A stretch of DNA of 63,137 nucleotides, counting the filler, from Octopus bimaculoides (taxonomy: Eukaryota), in the NCBI RefSeq assembly GCF_001194135.2. It is 4 parts of 4 records of this genome, joined end to end, with 100 filler letters (N's around TTAATTAATTAA, not from the genome) between each part and the next. Parts side by side here need not be neighbours in the genome. Positions count along the whole stretch, not along the records: positions 22,429 to 44,560 come from NC_068991.1; 3 more parts are not named here. The stretch is one strand, 5' to 3'. Of the stretch, positions 25,404-37,935 are shown in pieces. The translations under genes were made by a program, and so were the position numbers. The stretch's first letter is position 1. Every line of letters begins with the position of its first letter. The notes under the pieces were generated by a model. It was not told where the DNA came from. It saw only the letters and a program-made list of their open reading frames with translations, and did not search any database.

Positions 25404-26393
25404 AAAGTATTTTATTGTGTATTTACATTGTGGCATGGAAACTAATGTTTTTTTCCGAAACAGTCGAAATATTACAACACAGCAGCACGCGATCTGATTT
25501 GTAAAAGACCTTACAATACTGCTCGATTCATGATCGGTTTCTGCTCCTTGACGAATGTGAGCAGTGAAATCCTCATATGACACATTTTGTAGATCGGTTA
25601 ATGTACAAAAGGTATATATATATATTTGCCTTATTTCAAGGCCTCCATTCGAGAAAGAAATTTTGAATGAAATATGGTTGATAGAAACTGTGCGAATGAC
25701 TGACATGTATGTAGTATTTGGTTACGCCCATTTATGTTCCGTTCCACGTCACGTTTCACCCTTCCACTGGAAATAAAATAAGTATTTTGAGGTCGATTTC
25801 ACCGATTATTCTCTAAAAGGCAGGTTCCTAGCGAGGCCTTCATCCTGTTTCTAAAAACAGTAAAGTAACAAACAAAATATATATTATAATTACATACTTG
25901 CAAGAGCCCCTACATCATTTCATTTTGGCTTTACCCGTTAGTAAGTGAGGAAAGAGCAGTACCCACAAACCTTTATATTTCCAGGTAGAGAAAAATTATT
26001 TTACCTTCAACCGGAGACCTGGTCCGAATGAGCTCTTACAAAACTACCCAAAGACCAGGTGGCTGTCTTAAGCCTGGCAATAGATTGAGTTTACAATGCA
26101 AAAACTCAATAACAGAAGGTATCTCATCGAATGTTTTAACAATTTTAAACCACCTGAACACTTTATTTTATTAACCTCCAAAAGGATGAAAGTCAAAGTT
26201 TCACTCAACGGTATTTGAACTCTGCTTTTAATAACATCCGCATCACCTCAGTCCACATTTCACTTTCTTGAAAAATGGTGACGTGGAAAAATGAAGTTAT
26301 GATACAAATAATAATTAAAATGCTCACGGCCGGAACGTCTTTGATCATAAACCCGATGCTTCAAGATTGACAAGGTGACTAGATAGCAACAAC

Positions 26394-26431
<38 letters not shown>

Positions 26432-27318
26432 TTATCCTTGGGCAACCCTCTCACTCAACTCTTCTCCACTTTCTGGAGGCAGTGATGTAGTTAGTATCCC
26501 ACCCCATGACAATTTTTCGTAACACAGCATAATCAATTCAGAGAAAAAGAAAGGTAGGTTGGGGGAGATGAGAAGAGAGATGCCTTCTAAATGAAAGAAT
26601 CTTTAGAATGGTGATTAGAATGCTTTATGTTATTTGATCCGCTTCTCAGAGCTCAGATTTGAAATTCCACGGAGGTCGATTTTCCCTTTTCATCGTTTTA
26701 GCGTCACTACGCAAGTACTATTTAAGGTCTAGCGTCGATTCTTCACTCATAGCTGTTTGTAATAGATACAAACATCAACACTCACATGTCCTGACATAAA
26801 CAAATATATCCATTCACACACGCATACACAAATGTACGCACAAACGCACACATACCACGCACTCAGACGTACACACACTCACACCACTCACATGCACACA
26901 CACCCAGACGTGCTTATAAGACTTCACAAAATATAACTTTTAAAAATTAACAATGGTAATTAAGATAAAGTAATTTCGTTGATAATTCAAGACAAATGTA
27001 TGTCTGGAATAAAAATAGTGCTTATTATCTGGAGTTGCAAATGATAAATGAATTAGAAACATGAATGTCCTTGGGGAGCAGGAGATAGTGTACTGGCTAA
27101 GGACCAACATTTGAAACATACGCCGCTGCACCTTTCGCCCCCTCTATATTTTAATAATTTTTGAAAAACAAAATAAAGTTAAAATAAAATGAAGTGTAAC
27201 AAGAAATAAACTCTGTGTGTGTTTGCGTGTGTGTGAGTGAGTGTGTGTGTGTGTGTTTGTGTGTTTGTGCGTGTGTATGTGTGTGAGAGAAAGAGATAGA
27301 GAGAAGAAGAGAGAGAGG

Positions 27319-27382
<64 letters not shown>

Positions 27383-27688
27383 GGGAGCAGAAAAGAAGTG
27401 TGTGTGAGAAAGATATTCTATTGCAAACTAGAAATATTATGATTATATCACAGTGAATAAAATCTATTATAAGACAAGTTTCGAAATAATTTATCAAAGA
27501 AATGAAAAAAGATGGCAGGTAAAAGCAAGTTGAAAGCAACAAAAGAATAGACGTAACAAGCTCTTGACTGATTTTAATAAATTGTCAGGAATGATGTCGA
27601 TGTACATAATAACCCTCAAATGCATGGTTGCACGCACACACATGCGCGCGCAGACACTTGCACACATACAATTACTTTCACATACACA

Positions 27689-27750
<62 letters not shown>

Positions 27751-27994
27751 CTCTCTCTCTCTCTCTCTCTCTGTACAATTTCTTCCATACTCGAACACAT
27801 ATACACATTATTAAATCAATAATTAAATAAATAAATACATGATATTAAAAATACGATTATGGTTAGCAGTTTCCTATCAAGGTTTTTCAAATTTATTGAT
27901 TTTACTGTTTATTATAAGATTCATGTGAATGAATAACGTGGAATATTCTGTTTGATTTGACGTTTCAGTTGTGTACCATTTTATATCTAAATTT

Positions 27995-28225
27995 ATCAAG
28001 ATGTGTTGGCGAGCTGGCAATATTGCTAGCGTGTCAGACAAAATGCTTAACGGCAGTTGTTCCAACTATTTATATTCTGAGTTCAAATACCATTGAAGAC
28101 GGCTTTACTTTTCATTCCTTTCAGAGTTTGATACAGTAAGTGCCAGCAACTATTGGGGTCGATGTGTCCACTAATCGGCTAATTACCTTCCCCAAAATTT
28201 ACTGGCGTCGAGCCAAAACCTGTAA
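27995..28225 (+). mobile_element. SINE family A, degraded
   Basis: ggcgagctggcaatattgctagc ... ttctgagttcaaatacc ... ggggtcgatgtg. Confidence 0.75.
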
Positions 28226-28291
28226 AAACTTATTATTATTATTATTATTAGTATTAGTAGTAATAGTTGTAGTAATAGTAGTAGTAGTAGT

Positions 28292-28362
28292 GACATCTGG
28301 AGCAAAACCAAGGAGCACAAGAAGGATACTGAATGGTTGCATTCAAAATACCAATTTTCATA
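28292..28362 (+). mobile_element. Possible R4-type LINE N-terminal fragment
   Basis: DIWSKTKEHKKDTEWL resembles the W..IW....H....W motif upstream of RT in R4/Dong elements (from memory); starts right after (GTA/TTA)n. Confidence 0.35.
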
Positions 28363-29364
28363 AGAAATAGTTAAAGGTTCAACAAAATATGTCTCACCTT
28401 GTTTACAATGAATTTCACTCTAAACCAAGCACAGAGTGAGCATATCTGCAGACAAATTCCACAAATATGAGACATAAATGATGTCAGGGACCGCAGTAGT
28501 GTGTTATTAACATCATGACATGGAAAACTGGTTAGATTGAAAATAATGAAAGTTGCTGAATACACATTTTTTTTATACATCGTATATTTTTGATACATTT
28601 TATAATTTTTTGATACATTTTATTTACTGAAAATACTTAAATGATGACTTTTCTTTTCACTTCTGGAGTTGCCTTTACTTGTATAACAATACTGAAAAAC
28701 TATGTTTTCAAATTTATGTCAAGCACCATAAATGGGTTTACACTTGATGAAGCCAAATCTATCCGGATGTGTTGAAAAATAGACATTTGTGTTTGTGAAA
28801 AATTTTGATGTGATAGAGGTAAAATGGATTTCATTTTTGAAATCCGCACTCCAAAATTACTAAGAAGCTTGTCTCAAACAGTAGACTACAAAAATCATAT
28901 TCCCCGGTGTAATAATAATAAAATTCTGTTTCTTTTGAGCAAAAATAAAATCATCTTAATTTATGGAATATTTTACTGAAAGAACTATTGCTTGGGAGCA
29001 TTCTGTTCATAAGACAAATGTCTGTCTGTCACAATTAATCACAGACACGCATAAAAAAAAGAGAGTTACCTACTTGTACATTCTGTCTTTATTCGTAGAG
29101 GGAAAGTGTATGGTAGTATATGTGTTATTTTTACAACAAAAGAGAAGATAAGGCTGAAGTGAAATCCCAAATTTTACGTGACACTCTTTTGCCCGTAATC
29201 TGGTCCCTCAATATTTTGGAAGGAGGGACAAAAGTGTCCCTGTTAGGGACATCGGTGATGATGTCGTAACTTGGTCAGTAGTCACCTTTGTGGCAGAGTA
29301 TGGGCAAAAAATCAGTGCAGTGTAGTAACTATCAACCTGTTAGTGCTGTATCGATATATATATA

Positions 29365-29527
29365 TATGCAAGAGTGGATGTATGGTAAGTAGCTTGCTTT
29401 CCAACCACATGGTTGAAGGTTCAGTCCCACTGCGTAGAACCTTGGGCAAGTATCTTCTACTATAGCCTCGGGACAACCAAAGCCTTGTGAGATGATTTGG
29501 TAGACGGAATCTGAAAGAAGATCGTCG

Positions 29528-29572
<45 letters not shown>

Positions 29573-29858
29573 GTCTATCTATCTATCTATCTATCTATCT
29601 ATGTTGGTATGTATGTGTGTATGTATGTATGTGTGTCTCTGTGTGTGCGTATATGTTTGTGTGTGTGTAATTGTCCTCCCAACATCGCTTGGCAGCTGAT
29701 GATGGTGTGTTTACCTCCCCATAACGTAGCGGTTCGGCAAGAAACACCGATAGAATAAGTACTAGGCTTACAAAGAATAAGTCCTGGGGTCGACTAAACG
29801 TGGTGCTCCAGCATGGCCGCAGTCAAATGAGTGAAACAACTAAAAGGATAAAAGAATA
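29365..29858 (+). mobile_element. SINE family B, full length, with internal (TATC)n/(TG)n
   Basis: Colinear with the 20287 and 32530 copies. Confidence 0.9.
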
Positions 29859-29862
29859 TATA

Positions 29863-30770
29863 CAAGGGTTGGACAAAATAATGGAAACACTTTAAAATTT
29901 CAAACAAATTTATTCTATGGGGTAGGACCGTCTTTGGCAGTAATTACTGCTTGAATTCTATAAGGTATGAACTTGTACAAAGTTTGAATTGTTTCCAAAG
30001 GAATTTGTGTCCGTCCTTCAGCTAAAACAGTCTACAGATCTTGTAGTGATTAATGGTAAAGGATATCGACTCCTTATTTATTTTTTCATAAATGCACCAT
30101 AAATGTTCAATAATATTGAGATCTGGGGACTGTGGTGGCCAGATAAAATGCTCAACTTCACTAGAATGTTCCTCGTGTCATCCAGTAACAACTTTGGCTG
30201 TGTAAATTGATGCATTATCATCCTGAAAGATTGCGTTTCCCTGCGAAACAGTTCCGCTACCATAGGATGAATTTCATCAGATAAAATGCTTAAATAGTCT
30301 TGACTATTAATTCTGCCATGAAGGGAAACCATTGGGCCGGCCGATTTCCAAGATATAGAACCCCAGATCAACACGGATCATCCCCATGTTTAACAGTTGG
30401 AGGAGGGTAGTCTGGGTCAAATGCTTCTTTTGGCTGTCTCCACACGTATACTCGAACAGTGGTCGGAAATAAGGTAAAGGATGACTCGTCCACTAAAATT
30501 ACATTCTTCCACTGCTCTAGGAACCAATTCTGTAGGTTTCTACTCCAATCTAAAAGCTTTGCAACGTTTATTTTTGAAAGTAGTGGTTTTCTGATTGCAG
30601 CCCTCCCGTGAAATCTGGCTTTGTGCAGCTCCCCGCGAACAGTTTTTTGGGGAAACTTGGTTCTCGAGGTGGTCATTAAGCTCTGCAGTAATTTTGGAAG
30701 CTGTACTTCTGTGATCTTTTCTAACAATTCGCGTTAGAGTCCGATGGTCCCTATCTGAAAGTTTTGGTTT
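29863..30770 (-). mobile_element. Tc1 (DD34E) transposon, 3' two-thirds, frameshifted
   Basis: ILVDESSF...VWR, MLIWG, FQDDNA, WPPQSPDLNIIEHLW; TIR caagggttggacaaaataatggaaacac after TA at 29861-62. Confidence 0.9.
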
Positions 30771-31710
30771 TCTTCCGGAGTTTTGTTTCGACCAGGAGGT
30801 TTTTCCCTCTTTCTCAAACTAGCCTACATATTCGACCATGTCAGTGTCGCAGGTTTTCTCTCAGAGTTTCCCTCTCCGAGAGACATGTGACAACAACAGA
30901 GGGCCTCCCACTCCCAGTGGGACAACCGCGCGCCTGGACACCATCCCAGGCATTTCCACGTCCCCGCGCATACATACGTGCATACACATACATGTAGACA
31001 TATAGTTGGAATGCCGTTGACTGCTCATGAGCTCTTCCGCCCTTTGACAGGTCTTATTTTTCTTCCTGCAGTGTGTCTAACAATCACCCTCCACACTAAG
31101 CAAGCTTGATGGAGTTGCTAGTCTAGTTGCCAAGTTGTAGTGGGTTACATGTTACCAGTAGCGCCTAAGAGTGACCTGACCTCACAGACAGACAGACACA
31201 CAGACACACAGACACACACACATACACACACACACACACAAACACACACATGAATATCTGTGCATGTATCTGCTACATCATCTGAAACACATCATGATGT
31301 ATTTTATGATCTGATAGGTACATTTTTTTCAATTACAGCACACCACTACTGAAGACAAACGTCTATACCATAACCGAAATCAGAAAATACATATTTTCAC
31401 ATTTAATAAATGATTAATCTTTTTTTTTTGTCGGCATTATCAAACATGATCATACCTCAAGCTCTTCTGTCAGCAAAGGCTTGGACCCATATTTTACAGG
31501 ACGATATGGACACGGCAAAGCAATCTAATGACAGCGATCGTTAATTATTCAGTGCTCCGGCAAATTGCAGTGGTACATCTTTGCAGCTAGATTGATTGAG
31601 CCAGTAGGAGTTAAGTATCTTCACCATGATCGCAATGCGTCATCTGTGTCACTATGTTGAACATAATCAATACTTCACCTGATTGCCTGATGTCAATAGG
31701 ACATCAGGCA

Positions 31711-31757
<47 letters not shown>

Positions 31758-31833
31758 GCTCCCATATTATTAGACAATTCATAAACCAGGTGCTTGTGTT
31801 GTTGCTGCTGCTGCTGCTACTACTACTACTACA

Positions 31834-31882
<49 letters not shown>

Positions 31883-32009
31883 TTACAACTACTACTACTA
31901 CTACTGCTACTGCTACAATAATCATAATCATCACATTGGAATAAATGATTGCTGACAAACGAATATGTATCTTTATGTTTGTGTGTGCATGCGTGTATAT
32001 ATATATGTG

Positions 32010-32077
<68 letters not shown>

Positions 32078-32489
32078 TGCGTTGTGAGTGTATATATGAG
32101 GATCTGTGTGTGCACGTATGCATGCATTTGTATAAATATATGTATGTCCGTGATTTGTGTGCGCGCCCGCGTGCCTGTGCATGCTTAGCCGAGTGGTTAA
32201 TGTGGTACTTTTGCAGTCATAAGATCTCGGGTTCGATCCAATTCCATGACACCTTCGGCAAGTGTTTCTTGTCATAGACACAACCCGAATTAACGTTGTT
32301 TGAAACCTTGTCACTCACTATATTACTCTGATTATCTCTGAAAATTACAAGTGACTGGGGAAATACTCGTCCACATATCCTATAATTCTTTGAGTCAGTT
32401 AAAGTTCATCGATTTGCTAGAATACTTCATTGCTGAAACCAACCGACAGTGAGCCATTTTCCGCTAAATTACGTATATGAATACTCATG

Positions 32490-32523
<34 letters not shown>

Positions 32524-32529
32524 TGTATA

Positions 32530-32952
32530 TATGTATATCTCTCTTTTTACTCTTTTACTCTTTTGCTTGTTTCAGTCATTTGACTGCGGCCATGCTGGAG
32601 CATCGCCTTTAGTCGAGCAAATCGACCCCAGGACTTATCCTTTGTAAGCCTAGTACTTATTCTATCGGTCCCTTTTGCCTAACCGTTAAGTTACGGGGAC
32701 GTAAACACACCAGCATCGGTTGTCAAGCAATGTTGGTGGGGGGACAAACACAGACACACAAACACACACACATATATATATATAAACATATACATATATA
32801 CGACGGGCTTCTTTCAGTTTCCGTCTACCAAATCCACTCACAAGGCTTTGGTCGGCCCGAGACTATAGTAGAAGAAACTTGACCAGTGGGACTGAACCCG
32901 GAATCATGTGGTTGGTAGCAGGCTACTTACCACAGAGCCACTCCTGCGCCTA
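32530..32952 (-). mobile_element. SINE family B, near full length
   Basis: High similarity to the 20287 copy, with a short deletion in the CORE-like part. Confidence 0.9.
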
Positions 32953-34133
32953 TATATGACAATAAATGAATAAAAAATGAGAAGGAAATCATGCAATGAA
33001 CTTCATTGGCAACGTATCTTTCTATTATAAGGTGCAGTCTTTTGGTACTTTTCAGCGGTGGTCCTTTCTGTTTACTGTATATGTAAATATTTTCTCAAAT
33101 CTAAACTTCACGATTTTAAACCTAATGAATTTTATCAACGTGACATTAAAATGCTCAATCACAGATGAAAAACATAGGGAAGAATGATGACTATGTTAAC
33201 GATTAAATAAACCAGATACTGTTTTTTTTAAATGTATTATTGAGCCTTAAAACACGAACAGAAAAGCGTCAAGCAGAGGTGGGTGACAGATAAAGGAAAG
33301 TAAGAAAGCCATAATTAAAATAGCTGCTGTAGAATAATGTAACAGAAAGGAGTCCGAAATCTGTGAGACAGCTATTCAATCTGGAGCGAGTAGTGTCATT
33401 CCAGTTCGAGAAAAGAAATCTGTCCTTGTTCATGCATTTGCTAAAATTTTCGGATCTGGAATTAAGTAGTGTAAGAAGGTAATCTTTCAACTACGGATAA
33501 CTTGCATCACTTTGATCCATTTACATATGGTGTTAGTTTCTCTACGATTCGTCACTTGATTGTATGTGGGGTGCATTTGGTGTTCAGATCCCATACATGG
33601 CTAGCTTTACTTTTCCTACTTTTATTTTCTTTCTTGTTCTATTTTTTTTTTTGTATCAACCTTCTTCGCGTGCTTTTCTTCTTTCTTTTTCTTCTCGTTT
33701 ATTTTCCCCTTTTTTTCATAGATCAGTGTCGAATTTATCTAACGTTATTAACTGATCGTGAAAGATCGCTTGGAGACACATGGTATGTAATATAAATCTG
33801 TAAATTTAATGTAACTTAAAGCATGAAATTGTTAATAACTCTTTTGTAATAGTGCATATATATATATATATATANNNNNNNNNNNNNNNNNNNNNNNNNN
33901 NNNNNNNNNNNNNNNNNNNNNNNNNNNNNNNNNNNNNNNNNNNNNNNNNNNNNNNNNNNNNNNNNNNNNNNNNNNNNNNNNNNNNNNNNNNNNNNNNNNN
34001 NNNNNNNNNNNNNNNNNNNNNNNNNNNNNNNNNNNNNNNNNNNNNNNNNNNNNNNNNNNNNNNNNNNNNNNNNNNNNNNNNNNNNNNNNNNNNNNNNNNN
34101 NNNNNNNNNNNNNNNNNNNNNNNNATATATACA

Positions 34134-34183
<50 letters not shown>

Positions 34184-34699
34184 CACACACAATGAGCTTT
34201 CACAAAGTTTTGCTCTGCACGGGGTTAAAGTACAAGATACTTTCCCAGGGTACCATGCATTGAGACTGAACCCCAAATTACATGGCTGCAAAGTGAGCTT
34301 CTTAATCACACATCCTTGCCTACGGCTGATTATGTAATTTGAAAAAGTTATGCATTTTTCAGGAAGCAGACCTACCTTGAAAATGTCCGTAATTAGATGT
34401 TTCTGACAGTTACCATTTTCATTTTCTTGTTTCGTTTTTCGTTTTCTGTGTAAATATTTCTTACTAACATTCCCGTGTGGTCAAAAACGCCGACAGTTCT
34501 ATTAATGATGGAAAATGGTGCGTCGAAACAATGGGACAAATTATTGATAAATGTCAGCAATCAGTAAATATATGTACATACACGGAATTGACGTTCTTGA
34601 ACAGATACAGTTGCAATGTCTCGGCTGAAAATATTATCGTCCACGTTATATATATATATATATATATGTATATACGCTTCTAGAATTCTATTATTATAG

Positions 34700-34758
<59 letters not shown>

Positions 34759-34934
34759 ATATATATACGCCGGAGTAACTCTAGCTAGTGTCGAATGTTT
34801 TACAAAGTAAATCTTATAAATTGGAACACATTCAACAGCCTCAAACACTAGTGTTACTCACAAAAGAGGTACATATATATACAAAGACACGTAGCGTTTT
34901 ATTATATAAATTGCTGCTGCTGCTGATGTTATCG

Positions 34935-34970
<36 letters not shown>

Positions 34971-35713
34971 ATTGTATGTGTGTGTATGTTAGTGTGTATG
35001 TGTGGGTATTTGCCCGCGCGATTGCATATCTGAAAGCGCGACAGATTTATACGAAACATGGTAACCTCTATATGTATTTGAAGACAAATATAGTTTCCCT
35101 GTGAAATTTTTACGAGATTGTCACTGTAATCCTTCTTTAATTTGTTCCATTTAATATCCTCTATCACTGCAATATTACATAGCAAGATTACACGCATAAA
35201 TCACAACTTAATTGATAGTAATAGGCAAACACACAAGTACTTATGAATTAAACCTGAGAATAAATATCACCTCCACCTATAACTCAAACAAACTAGATGA
35301 CACGCATACAGGATAGAAACCAAATGAACACTCAGAACAAAAGAGGGGTCTTTTTAGGGGTTAATTACATAAAATATACTTTGTCCACACTTAATTATCA
35401 GCCGTGTAATTTCAGAATAAGGGCAACTCCTTTCGTGAAAGCAAATATTGAGCCAAAAAGGAAACGCCCTTATAATCAATACTTAAAACAATCTCACACC
35501 ACTATGATAATGATTTCTTCTACAGGCACAAGGCTACTCACTTTTGTAGGAGAACACTATCGATTATATTGACCTCATTACTATTAATTGCTACTCATTT
35601 TATTGCGCTCAAAGTATAAAAATCAAAGCTGATTCTAATAGGATTTGAACTTCACATGTAAAGAGCGTAAATAAATGCTTGTGCTCTACGTTTCTAGAAT
35701 TCTATTATTATAG

Positions 35714-35806
<93 letters not shown>

Positions 35807-35809
<3 letters not shown>

Positions 35810-36064
35810 TAGTTTTATTTTTATAACGTGCTTTCACTTCACTACCGAGCGCAGCTCTGTGCGCCTTGGGTATGTGCTGTGGTTTGCTGTGGTGCTCTTA
35901 TGTTTACTGTATTGAAAGTGTTTTGCGTAGAATGTGTGCAGTACCCAGTAGTGCAATTTTCTGTATGTTATATATATTTGTAAGTCCTGGTGTTTTTGTT
36001 ATGTATTTGTCTGAATATTTTTTTATTATACCTAAGGCACCTACTATGATAGGAATTGTTTCTG

Positions 36065-36068
<4 letters not shown>
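35807..36068 (-). mobile_element. Dong/R4-type LINE 3' end, flanked by (TAA)n on both sides
   Basis: KTETIPIIVGALGIIKK...IQKIALLGTAHILRKTLSIQ* plus 3' UTR; (TTA)n at 35757-35806 and 36068-36145. Confidence 0.9.
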
Positions 36069-36146
<78 letters not shown>

Positions 36147-36149
36147 CAT

Positions 36150-36342
36150 TAAGGCGGCGAGCTGGCAGAATCGTTAGCATGTAGGGCAAAGTGCTTAGCG
36201 GTATTTCGTTCGTCTTTACGTTCCGAGTTCAAATTCTGCCGAGGTCGACTTTACCTTTCATCCTTTCGGGGCTGATAAAATGAGTACCATTAGAGTACAG
36301 GGGTCGATGTAATCGATTAGTACCCTCCCCCAAAATTTCACA
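36150..36342 (+). mobile_element. SINE family A
   Basis: Canonical head and core directly after (TTA)n. Confidence 0.9.
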
Positions 36343-36344
36343 AC

Positions 36345-37320
36345 TCTCACCACACATTCTGCATCTATCGCTTTCGATAGTGTCGTTTACTCTGCTCTTC
36401 ATAATAGTTGGTCCTTAACGTTTGTTCCTGAGTTGTGCATATGAGTGCTTCTGTCTCTATCTTCAGGTCACTCCTCCTCATCCATAGCCACCGGTCCTCT
36501 GTATCTGTCTTCGCGTCCACATATCTTACAAACTGGCCGTACATTTTCTTTTTTCTTCCATGATTTTTCCTTTTTTTTTTCCTTTTTTTTTCTTCATTTC
36601 TTGTTTAAATTTTTCTTTAGTTACACAATTTTCAGTTTTGATGATGCTGGTCTTCTTCGTGTGTTTCAACAGTAGCCCCACGGCATTTTTATATACTACA
36701 CTAAGCTGTTTTCCTCTGCTTCGATACAGTCCTGGCAACTGATCAAAACTCTCCCACCTTTTTTTCTGGGTAAGCACTGCCTATATGTATCACTCTTAGT
36801 GTGGAAGGCTCCGTGTACTATCAACATTTTTCTGGTCTTGGTATCCATTTTCTTTACTTTTCTCTTTTGCCATTTTATAATTACCGCTCCATGCCGAAGT
36901 GATCCTATCGCACACGTATTAATTACTTGGACTTTATTCCATCCAGTCAATTCTGAGCTCAACACCAACGTACGTCTTCGGAAATACTCCATCCTTAGTT
37001 GCTCTTTCATTTCCTTTTCCGTTATCTCCTTGAACTCTAGTACACCAAGGTATATGTATCCCTCCATTTCAATTTGTTTAATCAAGTCTCTATTCGGTAG
37101 TCCTATCCCTGCTGGGACTGTACCTCGCCTCTGTTTTGGTAGATCATTCCGTACTTCTTGAGTCCAAATTCCATTCTAATATCAGTACTAAAGTAGAGGA
37201 CCATGTTTACCCAAGAACACACTTGTGTCTCAACTTTGCCATGCAGTTTCAAATCATCCATGAAGAGGAAGTGGTTGATTGTTTGGGATTTTCCCTTTAG
37301 ATGGTATCCCAGGTTCATTA
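36345..37320 (-). mobile_element. R4/Dong-type LINE RT-to-CCHC fragment
   Basis: INHFLFMDDLKL (YxDD-type), MEFGLKK, YIYLGV, LPRKKGGR, YGQF..W.W...LK.ETE, CRMCGE. Confidence 0.9.
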
Positions 37321-37323
37321 TTA

Positions 37324-37399
<76 letters not shown>

Positions 37400-37408
37400 C
37401 ATCATCAT

Positions 37409-37935
37409 TTTATTTTTATCATTTGCTTTCACTTCACTACCGAGTGCAGCCGTGTTTTGAGTATTGCTGTGGTCTGTTGGGTGCTCTTATTTTCACTCTA
37501 TTGAAAGTGTATTAAGTATTGTGTGCGGTGCCTAGTAGTGCTATTTTCTGTATGTTATATATACTTGCATGTCCTGGTGTTTTTGTTATTTATTTGTCTG
37601 AATATTTTTATCACATCTAATGCGCCTCTTATGAAAGGAATTGTCTCTGTTTTTAGGCTCCACATTCGAGTTACCTCTGTTTCTAGCTCTTTGTATTTTG
37701 AAAGTTTCTCCGTTTCTTTTAGAGAAACATTGTCATCTGTTGATATTGATACATCGATTAGAAAGTATTTTTTTCTTGGTGATCTCTGACAATTATATCC
37801 CGCCTATTGGCCTTAATTTCTCTATCTGTGTGTATCCCACAGTATGGTTGCTTTCTCCTTTTCTGTGACCTTTTCTGGCGTGTGCCTTTACCATATTTTT
37901 TCTGTTGTTATTCCATTGTATTATTCCATGGCTTC
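37409..37935 (-). mobile_element. Second, older Dong/R4-type 3' fragment
   Basis: Nucleotide homology to 35807-36068 (ctttcacttcactaccgagtgcagc ... aggaattgtctctgtttt), extending into the RLE domain. Confidence 0.85.

Noticed and set aside
25985-26058. Possible host exon (VEKNYFTFNRRPGPNELLQNYPKT)
   Set aside because: Acceptor is fair but the donor is weak, and the peptide is unrecognised.
30780-31185. GC-richer block after the Tc1 relic (also 700-1030 and 18610-18840)
   Set aside because: Probably interspersed repeats, but there is no second copy or diagnostic motif in the window, so I cannot classify them.
31500-31544. Possible terminal exon (DDMDTAKQSNDSDR*)
   Set aside because: Good acceptor, but 14 codons with no homology or partner exon.
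33346-33478. Possible internal exon ending AAG|gtaatc
   Set aside because: No polypyrimidine tract, and no open frame is recognisable.
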